A stretch of DNA of 63,192 nucleotides, the filler included, from Olpidium bornovanus S191 (lineage: Eukaryota; Fungi; Olpidiomycota): the NCBI GenBank assembly GCA_017911155.1. It is 29 parts of 29 records of this genome, joined end to end, with 100 filler letters (N's around TTAATTAATTAA, not from the genome) between each part and the next. Parts side by side here need not be neighbours in the genome. Positions count along the whole stretch, not along the records: positions 50,078 to 51,581 come from JAEFCI010001660.1; positions 51,682 to 52,971 come from JAEFCI010000675.1; positions 53,072 to 54,796 come from JAEFCI010005076.1; positions 54,897 to 56,234 come from JAEFCI010008289.1; positions 56,335 to 59,037 come from JAEFCI010007324.1; positions 59,138 to 63,192 come from JAEFCI010006863.1; 23 more parts are not named here. One strand, 5' to 3'. The notes beneath the pieces are model-generated. The model was not told the DNA's origin. It ran no database searches and saw only the letters and a list, made by a program, of their open reading frames with translations. Position numbers and translations under genes: made by a program. The stretch's first letter is position 1. Each line of letters opens with the position of its first letter. Shown in pieces: positions 50,078 to 60,737 of the stretch.

Positions 50078-50867
50078 AAACCTTCGCCGGACACACCACC
50101 CACACAACACCGGTCCTCGTCTGATTCCTCTTCCTCGGCCGCCCCCTGCAGTGCCGCGGCAGCCTTCGCCCGGGCCCCTCTCGCCGGTCTGCTCTGTGCG
50201 ATACTTCCTCCCTCAGCTTCTTCCTCGCGGTCCCTGCCCGTAAGCTGCTCGCCTTCACGGTGGCCTTCGGGCCCCGCGCCACGTTGCTTCTTCTGCGAAG
50301 AAGGCCCCGTCGCAGAGGTAGTCCGCTTAGTGATCTTCGAAGTCCCCTTTGAAGCGGCAGTCGCGCTTGAGGCGGCGCCAGAGGCTGCCGCCGCTCGCGG
50401 CCTCTTCCCGGCGGTTAGCGCAGCCATAGCTCCCCTCTCTACCGTCGCATTCCAGGGGGTGGCGCGCGTGCCGCGCGACGTAAGGTCGGACGAAGAGGCC
50501 GCCTGAGGGCCTCTTCCTCCGCTCTCCAAGGCGCTCCTGGTGCTACTGGTGTCAATCCTTGCCGCCAAAGGTCCTCCCATGGCCGTAGCTTCGCTTGCGC
50601 TTTCCCCTGTCGCCCCCGGTCCTTCCCCGGCCCGTCGCGGCAGCCTCCCGTCCTGGCTTGGGCTGCTCATCACAACCGCAGGCGACATTGGCGCAGAATC
50701 GGAGCAGGAGGCCCGGCGCCGAGGCAACGGGGGGGCAAACTCCTCATCTCTACGGGGCTCCTGAGGCGGCGCGGCCTCGTGCCCGCCGGCCGTGGTGGCG
50801 TCGCTCTGCCGCGGCTGCGCAGTGCCTCCCGCAGCAGTGCCCCCGGCGGTGTCCGCCCGGGGTTCCA
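50078..50867 (-). CDS. Possible low-complexity exon of an unidentified protein
   Basis: Long open frame (MEPRADTAGG...EEEESDED) running to the contig end. Ala/Ser/Gly/Arg-rich, no recognisable domain. Confidence 0.3.
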
Positions 50868-53198
50868 TCGTACCGCCCTTCCGCTGGGAGGTAAGGAGCC
50901 AGCGCAAGGTAAGAAAAAGAAAACGTAATCCAAAAAAAAAATATATGCGTATACACCCTTTGCCACCCCCCGACCCCTTCCCCCTCGCCCCAACCAACCG
51001 ACCTACAACCAACTAACCAACCAACCAAGCACGCGCGAGCCAGGCGGGAACGGGGGGACGCCAACGGGCAAACGCGCGGGGCATTAGGCGCGCGCCCAAG
51101 GGACGCCGAATCGGAGCGAGGAAAACACGGCCGCGCCCCGCCCCGCAGCCAACTGGGCATATATGCGCCCGGTTCCACGCCGAGCGAACCGGCCGGCGAT
51201 TGGGGGAGCCGTTTCGGCACGGGAGGCCGGAGACGCCGGTCCGCTTGCGCCCGACCGACCGCGTCAGAGCACCGATGAAGAAAATTCGCAACAAACTGCC
51301 CTGCGGCCCATGGCTGCGACAAGCCACATGGGAGAAGGGGAAAGGGGGGGGGGGGCCGGAGAACCGGCAGTTGCGGCGCCCGTGAACTACCGTTGCCTTT
51401 GCAGACGGCGCGCAGCGTCCGCTTACTTTCCCCCTGGGGGTCGGGCGGCCGCGGGCGTTCCTGTCGAATTGTGCGCGCGCGGGTGCGTGGTGGATTTGCG
51501 TGCCTTCGACTGCCGGAGGTGAGAAAGGGAGTTCGAACTCGGCGCTGCAGTGAGAGCCGGGGGGGGGGGGGGGGGGGGGGTNNNNNNNNNNNNNNNNNNN
51601 NNNNNNNNNNNNNNNNNNNNNNNNNTTAATTAATTAANNNNNNNNNNNNNNNNNNNNNNNNNNNNNNNNNNNNNNNNNNNNATTGTCAAGGGGTTAGAAA
51701 CGCACGAGCGTTCGTTTGGTCGGCGACGGTTGCGGCCTGTAATATATGGAATATGGAGTGGAACCTGGCGAAGGCGCTGCACTTTCCGATTACAACACCA
51801 TGCAAAAGCCCGCGGATCTTATCTTTGTTGTTGCATCCTGACGACCGAGTTTTGCCCACGAAACCTGATCTCCACGTACCAATGCAATAATACCCCCGCG
51901 GGCCTCAAACAATATCTTTCTTCAGAAATTTACTTTTTTATTTTTTCCGACGTCGACACCGGTATCCGTTTATCGGTTTTTGGAGGCGCCGGGACACGTT
52001 GCGGGTGGAAAGTCTAGGCGGACGGTCATACGTGACGTGACGTACGCAGCGGAAGAGGGCGACCCGCGCGGGCGCTTTCCCGCGTCGACGATGAGAGACG
52101 CTGATGGGGGCCATTCAGCAACTTGAGGTAACGCGAGGGAAATATCACGGCGGCGTGTTACTTCGTCATCGAACGGTCTCCGGCCGGCGCGGTCGGATGG
52201 GGCTGCCCGCGCGACTTGCGAAAGCAACCTGACACGCTGAACTGACGGGCTTGAAGCGTGACTCATCTCGTTTTAGGCAATTGTAGAAATTACCCCGCGA
52301 GCGAGCCTCCCGCGGATCGCGGGCAAACAAAAAAAAATGCCTGCCGAAAAGTGTCGCATTTATTTGGCTGAACGCTGGATGGGTAGAAGGTTGGAGGAGA
52401 GGGAACGGTTGCGGCTTTGATTGGGCGGGGCGATTTTCGCTCGTTTCGGGGAATTTTTCGTGAGAGAAATGCCCGGAACAGCTAGCCCCAATCCGGTCAT
52501 TTAACCCTGTGTTTTCGACAAATTTAGAGTTTGTGGAAAAATTCTTTGACAGTGTCTCAGACACAGCGCCGGTTAATTTTTGCCAAATGTTCCGCCGGAC
52601 GGGAAAGGCGTGTTTCCTCGAGAGGGGAGCGGCTTCGCAGGCCGGGGGGCTTCTCGTTTAAGGTGGAGGTTGGGGGGCGGTTGGGGGTTCAGTTACCAGG
52701 GCTATTTATCGGTTGTGTGTGGCCGCAAATCGCGCTCGACGTCCACCCGACCGAATGCCGTGCGCAAAGCTTTTTTTTCCTTCTTTCTCTTGTCGTTACT
52801 TGTCGGGCCGGCGCGGCAACGTCGAATGTAACTACGAGAGCGGCGGTGTCCGATTGTTCCAACATCTCTGCAACGACGTCACCGAAACCTCCCCCATGGC
52901 CTACCGGACGCACGATTTGACGGCAGCGACCTGCTTTTGGCGAAAAATCCCAAGAGCACGCGTAGATCGACNNNNNNNNNNNNNNNNNNNNNNNNNNNNN
53001 NNNNNNNNNNNNNNNTTAATTAATTAANNNNNNNNNNNNNNNNNNNNNNNNNNNNNNNNNNNNNNNNNNNNAGGCATCTAATAACAAGCAGAAATTTCAA
53101 AAGCAAAGTCAATTTTCTTTTTGTTTTGTCTCAAAACAAACTCGCAGCATTTTCGTGAAGAACCCGAGCTCCGTTTTTTTTTTTTTTTTTTTTCTCAC

Positions 53199-53256
<58 letters not shown>

Positions 53257-54902
53257 GGCGCGCCTAGGGCCCCCCCCCCCCCTCTTCCCCTCCGCCCGCT
53301 GCAGCGTCGCGTAACAGCGCCCCCCCGCGGCAAACCCTCCGGAACGCCCCACCACCCCCCATCCCGCGTAGCCGCTGCACCGCGCTTCGTTCTTTTTCTT
53401 CCTTGTTTGGTTCCGTGCCCGCACACAACACACGGGAGCAACGCGGGGTGACGACGACATCACGGACCGTTGGGCCCGTCGCCGCCGCCGTTTGCTCCTG
53501 TTGCGCCCCTGAGGTTTTGGGGGCGCGCGCAAGGTTTGCCGTTCGCGCCCTTGCACGGTGGCGGAAAGTCCCGATTTCTTTTTTCGTCCCTTGGAGCCAG
53601 AAAGTGTGCGCGTGCGGTGCGCCGTGCGTCGGGACGCACTTCTCCAAGTTCCCCCCATTCACGTTTTGTGCTGGGAGAGGTGGCAGAAGGGCCGCTCGAT
53701 CTCTTGAGGTTGTGATCGACCGGGAAAGAATTTTGACTCAAAAAGTCCCGGTCTTGAGTCGTGGCCAATTTTTTCCACCGGCGGGTTCGCCGGGCCTGTA
53801 GTCCTTGCCGTGGGTCTACCCGCGGATGGCGGCTTGTCCCCTCGGGCGCAGTGAAGCAAATGCCGACATTGCCTTCTTTTGTCAAGGTCGGCGTGTTCTG
53901 ACGCAACTTCAAGTTTGCAAGGCGGAGCCAGCAGTTTATATCGTGATTGAATAAATTGAATAGTAACCAACAAACATTTAGATTACGCGAAAATGATCTT
54001 GCTGCATTTTATACTTAAACTTGGTTAGCTCAGCGGGGCTCGCCCTGCGTCTGAGTATGCGGGAACCCGCTGCCGGGCGTGGGCGCTGGTTACTCGCCTT
54101 TATTGCTCTTCCCGCCCCTTCCCGGGGCCCCCCGGCCGAGGCCGCTTCCACCGGAGTCGGGACCGAGCGTCGCGCGCGTCCTGCAGCCGCCGTCCCGGGG
54201 AGGCAGCCCCCGCGGGAGCCTCCGGTGATTGCTGTCTCTTCGTCGGGGAGCTTTTGGAAGAACGTTCCGCACGTCGGCTCGTTCGTCGTCCCCGACGCTT
54301 CCTGCGCATTCCGAGGCCGGCCCCCCCCCCTCCCCTTTATCGAGGGGACTTTTCGCCGTTTTCTTCCTGGGTTGCGCGCGCACGCTTTCCTCGTGTCACG
54401 GCTGGATTCGTTCCTTCCACGGTTCTCGATGGGAGGGGGAGGGGGGGGGGGTGGTTGGCGTCCGGGGGTTCTCTTCTCCAGGGCACTCTCCTTTGACAAG
54501 GAGTCTGCCGGTCGAGCTCATTAACCTGCCGCAGCGCGACAGCCGACCCCGAAAGACGGAGACAGTTGCAGGACACTGTTCGATCGGCGTGGAATCTGCG
54601 TCTGGTTCTGGCCCCTCTCGTTACTGTGGGCTCCCCTAGTGGACGCGCGGGGGGCGTCATCCCGGCGCGCGCGATGCGCACGTGTCCAGGCAGCTCGCCC
54701 CTATCCCCCTTAAGCCCCTTCTTTCGGGAGAAAGAGGGGTGGTGGGGTGGGGGGCCGAAAGGGGGGGGGGGGGGGGGGGGGGGGGACAGAAAAAAANNNN
54801 NNNNNNNNNNNNNNNNNNNNNNNNNNNNNNNNNNNNNNNNTTAATTAATTAANNNNNNNNNNNNNNNNNNNNNNNNNNNNNNNNNNNNNNNNNNNNAGCA
54901 CA

Positions 54903-54936
<34 letters not shown>

Positions 54937-55279
54937 CCCTGCCCCCCCCCCCCCCCCCCGCCACACCCCCCCCGCCCCCCCCCCCCCCCCCCCCCCCCCC
55001 TTCCTTCATCTCCTTCCCCCCTGCCCCGCCGCGTTGGCCGTTGACCGTCTACGGGCACGGACACGCGGCTGCCGACCGCCAGCGGGGCAAACCCCGCGCG
55101 CGTGCGAAACTAGATGATGGCGGGTTTTGCTCGCCCGGATTCGTTTGCCGCGGGCTTTCCCTCCCCTTGTGGGACCGGAGAATTGGAATCTTTCCCCGAG
55201 AACGCCGCACGCAGCATCCCCACCCCCTCTCCTCCCCCAACCGGGTCAAACGCCAAATAGAACAGAACATCCGCGCGCC

Positions 55280-56234
55280 ATGACCGGATCGACCGCCACC
55301 CTGAACATCGCCCTCGTCGGCGTCGGCCTGGTAAGGACGGCGAGGTCGGGAGGCAAGGAAAGAGTCATCGTGATCCTCTGGCGGTGCTAAAAAGAAAAAG
55401 TAAACAAATAACATAAAATAACAACAACGTTCGGCCTTACCCCGACCGCTTTAACCGGCCCCGCAGGTGGGCTCGGAACTGCTGAGGCAGCTGGACGGGC
55501 TGTCAAGAAACGGCGCCGGGTGCCCGTTCAGGCTTGTGGCCGTTGCGAGCTCGTCGTCCCTTGTGACGGGCTTTTCGCTGCCGTTTGCCGGACCCTTCGC
55601 GCTCAAAAAGGATGATCCTGGACGGGTCCCGCTGAACTTCGACGCGCTGGTGGGCCACCTCGCGGCCCTGGACGGGCCGTCCATCATCGTGGACTGCACT
55701 GCCAGCGACCGCGTTCCGGAACTCTACCCGGGCTGGCTGCGCGCGGGTGTGAGCGTCGTCGCCGCCAACAAGAAGGGCTTCGCCGGACCTGCGCGGCTCT
55801 TCCGCAACATCTACGACGCGTCCTCGCAGGGCGGCGGCGGCGGCAAGCGCGCGTGCGTGTACCACGAGTCGAGCGTGGGCGCGGGTTTGCCCGTTATCAG
55901 CACCGTGCGGGACCTGATAAAGACGGGCGACATCATCAAGAAGATCGAAGGCGTCTTTTCCGGCACGCTGAGCTACCTGTTCAACGTCTTCTCCCCGGCC
56001 TTTCCGTCGCCGGGTGCCGCCCCGCCGAAATTTTCGCAGGTGGTCAGGGCGGCGAAGGAGATGGGCTTCACCGAACCGGACCCTCGCGACGACCTGAACG
56101 GCATGGACGTCGCGAGGAAGGTGACCATCCTCGCGCGCCTCGCTGGGCTTTCCGACGCGGAGACGTCTTCGCTCGACGTCGCCTCCCTCGTTCCAAAGCC
56201 CCTTGAGAATGCCGGCACCGCGGAAGAGTTCATG
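55280..56234 (+). CDS. hom6: Homoserine dehydrogenase Hom6 (exons 55280-55330 and 55467 onward; 3' truncated)
   Basis: Rossmann motif NIALVGVGL-VGSELL, then IIVDCTAS, VVAANKKG, HESSVGAGLPVI, IEGVFSGTLSYLFN and GFTEPDPRDDLNGMDVARKVTILAR. Confidence 0.97.
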
Positions 56235-56431
56235 NNNNNNNNNNNNNNNNNNNNNNNNNNNNNNNNNNNNNNNNNNNNTTAATTAATTAANNNNNNNNNN
56301 NNNNNNNNNNNNNNNNNNNNNNNNNNNNNNNNNNACATGTGGTTGAGATGAACATTAGCGGATAAATAAAAAAAAAATCAGAAAACGAAGTAACGGTGTT
56401 ATTTCTTTTCTTCCCCCCCGCAAATTCCTAG

Positions 56432-58669
56432 TCTCCGCCAATATGGTCGTCTAACGACCACAACGAGGGCATTGTGTACGCCCCTCACTGGTACGACTTA
56501 GGCAGCGTCTTCGCGAAAAGCTTCTCCGGCGTCATGACGCACGACGTGCAGGCGTTATCTCGGGTGCGGTAGCTTGGCGACTTTTTAGTCGTGTGTATCA
56601 CGCGAGGCGCCGTGTATTCCAGACGCGGTCAAGCGTACTGCCGAAGCGGAAAATTGAAACTGTCCGTCTTTTCCTGCGCGTTGTTGCCGTCCTGCGTTTG
56701 CCTAACAGGGCAAGAACGTCTGGTCTGCCACCTATTTTGGCCTGGCGGGCGCGCGGAAGAACTACGAGAAGCAGGTCCGCAACGTGATCAAGGCCGGCCT
56801 GGCCAACGTCGGTGACAAGCCCTGCCTGATCGGGGAGTGCGGCATTCCGTTTGATATAAACCAAAAGAGTGGGTTCAAGACCGGGGACTACACTCACCAT
56901 AGCAACTTTCTCGACGCCGTCATCCGCGCCATGGAGAGCAACTTGGTCCACTTTTCGTTGTGGAATTACAACACCAATAACGGTGAGCGCGAGCGCGAGC
57001 GCGGTTGGGCCCGTCGGCTCGTGTGGTGTTTCTTTCGTCTCCTAACTTCCGGCCCCATTGACGCGCGCAGATACGCGCTTCGGCGACCACTGGAACGGCG
57101 AGGACTTCTCCATCTACTCGTCACCCCGGCAGCTGCGGCAAGCAATCGCGTCCGGGGCCGCCGCCGACCTACGGGAACGTTCGAGCCTCGCGAAGGAGTT
57201 GGGAGAAGGCATGGGGGCCGACGCGCAGGAGGATGAATCGCGGAAGGCTGAGCCGCACCGTTCGATCGCCTTGACGCCCCACGCCTGCGCCGGACCGGCC
57301 AAGGTTACTGTCGTCGCCAAGGGCAAAGACGTGGGAGCCGTCTGCCCTTCTTCCCTGGTCGACGATTCGCCGGCGGTTGTCTCGCCTTCCTCGCCGTTTG
57401 ACCTTAACCTTGTGCACTTTGGCGAACCCGATCCGCATTACCACCACCATATTGGCGGGAGGGCGCTGGAAGCCGTCCTGGTAAGTTTGCTAATTATATC
57501 CGTTGGCTGACCAAAAAACACGGGGGAAAAAACCCCGATCATATTTCCATGATAACAGCTGCTTCCTTAAATACCAGCGTCCGTACGCCGCCAAAATTGC
57601 CGGAGACCCTGTGCACATGCAATTTGAATTGGAGACTCTAGACTTCCTTTTGGAGTTCGTGAACCCAGGCGCGCTACCGCACGACGCCCCACTAGGCGGC
57701 GAGGGCAACCGATCTCGGAAAAAATTATCGCCCGAAGGCCGATCACAGATTTCCCGGTCGCGCAAGCGATCGCCGTTATGGGGGAAGTTCGGGCCAGCCG
57801 GCGGACGGAAACGCTCATCGAGCCGGCTCAGGTTGCAGCCCGCCTCCTCCGGGAACCGGTCCAACAACAACTCGGACACGACCCCGGACGCCCCGCCGTG
57901 GCCGCCGGCGGAAAAGGACGAGTGCTACCAGCGGTGGCAGGCGGGGGAACTGGCGAAGGAAGAGCAGGAAGGGGCGGGCTCGGCGGAAGACTTCGAAGAC
58001 CTGTCGGCGGTGACGGAGATATTTATCCCGCAGTACCACTACGGTCACGAGACCCTGGACGTGCAGCTGTCCGACGGCGACTTCACTTACGACCGCGAAC
58101 TCCAGGCACTGTACTACCGGCACGCGAACCGCGAGCCCGGGTTCCGCCACGTCGTGCGCATCGGCGTCGTCGACAGGGCGGAGAGCACCGAGGACCTCGC
58201 GGACGGGGCGGAGGGCGACGACGAGAGCGAGGACGAGAGCGAGGACGGGGCGCGGAACGCGCCGGCGGAGAGTGCCGGCGGGAGGCGAGCAAAAGCGGAC
58301 AGCCACCCGCACCGCCACCGCCACCATCACGTGCATCACCTCCGCGCCGTGCAAACCCCCGCGCAATCCGGCTTCCGCTTCCTGCGGCGTCGCACGACGA
58401 TTGCCTCCGGCATCCGCAGCGCGACGGCCGGATCGTCGTCGTCGTCTTCGGCGGAGGCGGCGGGCGCCGCCGCACCCGAGAAGGGGGCGGCGTCTTCCCC
58501 GGTCGGCGGCATCCCCGCCGCGATCCAGAGCTACCTGTCCCACCCGAAATACAAGCTCGCGTTCGACTACTACGAACACCGCCGCCGGCTTAAAAAGAAG
58601 CGGCAAGAGCTCAAGAATCGCGGCCGCAAGCGCTGCAAGGACTGGACGGCGTCGTGTGCAATTATATAG
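56432..58669 (+). CDS. Glycoside hydrolase family 5 subfamily 12-like enzyme (EGCrP/Egh1 glucosylceramidase or sterylglucosidase), C-terminal two-thirds
   Basis: Contains IVYAPHWYD, PCLIGECGIPFD (nucleophile Glu), FSLWNYN, GDHWNGEDFSIYS, GGRALEAVL-RPYAAKIAG and the GH5_C-like TEIFIPQYHY...VQLSDG. Ends in a polybasic stretch plus CAII*. Confidence 0.9.
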
Positions 58670-58891
58670 AGCCAGCCACCCACCCCGCCTTCCACCCCTC
58701 CCCCAACGCGGAAAAGGAAGCGGGGTGGGGCTGGAGGGGGTTTTTACCCTCACTTTCATCGCGTTCTGATTTTTCTCCTCACCGTCCCTTGTCGCTCGTT
58801 GTCTTTTTCTTCCCGGCGGTTCAACTTTTTTTTTTTATCTGTATTTTTTTTTTTTTCTTCCTTTGCGCCGTCCGCAAAATTTTCACCTCGA

Positions 58892-58935
<44 letters not shown>

Positions 58936-59137
58936 GGAGCCCCCCCAATTTTCCCCCGCGAATCTCCTCCCGCCACCCCCGGGGGGCACCCGCCGCGGGG
59001 GGCGGGGCAAAGGAAGAAAAAAAAAAAAAAAAAAAAANNNNNNNNNNNNNNNNNNNNNNNNNNNNNNNNNNNNNNNNNNNNTTAATTAATTAANNNNNNN
59101 NNNNNNNNNNNNNNNNNNNNNNNNNNNNNNNNNNNNN

Positions 59138-60075
59138 ACCTCCACACTGGAGTGCATTGTCCCACACGAGAGACATGCGGACGCGGCGGCCATGAGGGAC
59201 GACACGGGAAACGCCGGTCGACGCAGCACCACCAGAGGGATGGCGGGAATATCGGAGACGGCGAGCGATCTTCCTCCGAATCGAAAGACGACGATTTGGA
59301 CGAGCTTTCGGTCGACGAGGAGGACGATTGTCGGCGGCGGCGGCGGTTCGTCGAAGAACGACGACGAGACCGAGCCGGGGGCGAGCGCGAGGGAATACGC
59401 GCGGTTGCGGTCAACGGGCGAACGGTCGTCGATGGGTCCGCAAGTCGAGCAGCCGTGCGGTCGAGGCTTGCCTGGAGAAGCGACAGGGAGCGGCTCGGCG
59501 CACGGTACGAGGCAGCCATCTCAATGAGGTGCTCGTCGAGTGAGGCGCAGGTAACGCTCAACTCCTGCAACGAAATGGACGGGTCGTCGACGATGGCGGG
59601 AAGAGCGGCGTCAATGTCGGTTAAAAGCGCAACCGCGGTAACAGCACCAACGCGGGCAACGATCGAAGCGAGCCACTCAGCGAGTCCAGCAAGCTTCTGC
59701 TGACGAAGGACGGCGTCAAGAGCGTTTGCGGTATTGTTGAGCCCGACACGAGCGGACGAAGCGGCGGGCGCAGCGGCGGGCGTGGCGGCGGGCGTGGCAT
59801 CGAGTGCCTGTTCAGGGACGAACATGGGGACGCGAAGCGGCGGTAGATCCATCCGGGTGTCGAAGGACGGCGACAGCGGGATGGGGACGGCGGCGGGGTC
59901 AACGGGTGCGGAGGACGACGCGGCAACGGGCGCGGGGGAAGACGCGGCCGAACGAACTGCGGAGTTTGAAGGGTTTGACGCCGGCGGGAGAGCGGTGCGG
60001 GTCGCCGTTATGTGGGGCGACAGCGGCAGCGGCAGCGGCATTGCGCCCTTGCGGCGTCGACAACGCGGGGAGGGC
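59138..60075 (-). CDS. Intronless ORF of unknown function, possibly gag-like, downstream of the dUTPase-MTase-protease ORF
   Basis: About 310 open codons: Pro/Ala-rich start, helical core (LNNTANALDAVLRQQKLAGLAEWLASIV), Arg/Ser-rich tail. No zinc knuckle visible. Confidence 0.35.
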
Positions 60076-60737
60076 ATCGTCAACGGCTGTCGTCGACGGC
60101 AAAAACAATAGAGCAAACGAGGACGAAAGCGCAGGGAGCGAAAATAAGCTCAGTGAGCAAAAATAAGCTCGAAAAACAAACGCGGCGGCGGCCGAGCGCA
60201 GGCGCAGCGGGGGCAGAGCGCGGGCGCAGCGACGGCGGAGCGCGAGCGCGGCGGGGGCCGAGCGACGAAAGCGATGGGAAGCGGCGTTTCGAAGCAAAAA
60301 TGGGCGTCGTTTCGGCGGCGAAAAGAAACGAACGCAAGGGCGGAAACGAACGCAAGCACGAGAACGAACACAAGCGCAAAAACAAGCAGGCAACAAAAGC
60401 GAAAACGGGTGCTGCGGCGGAAGGTGGCGCGGCGGAAGCCGAGCGCGGGCGCGGCGGACGCGAAGCGCAGGCGACGAAGCGCGGGCGCGGCAGAGGGCGA
60501 AGCGCGGCGGAAGCCGAGCGCGAGCGCAGCGGGGACAGCGCGGGCGCGGCGGGGAGCAAAGCGAAAGAGCTGGTCGAAAAGGGAGCTGGTCGGAAGGGAT
60601 GGTTCTTCCTCGGATTCCCCACTTTGTAGTGATACGTTCAAAGGAGGAAGGACAGTCGGAGTCTATTCAGGTGGGGCCGGGGGCCGACTGGCTATATAGG
60701 TACAAGTCACGTGCCCAGTCGACGTCGAGAGGGCCCA

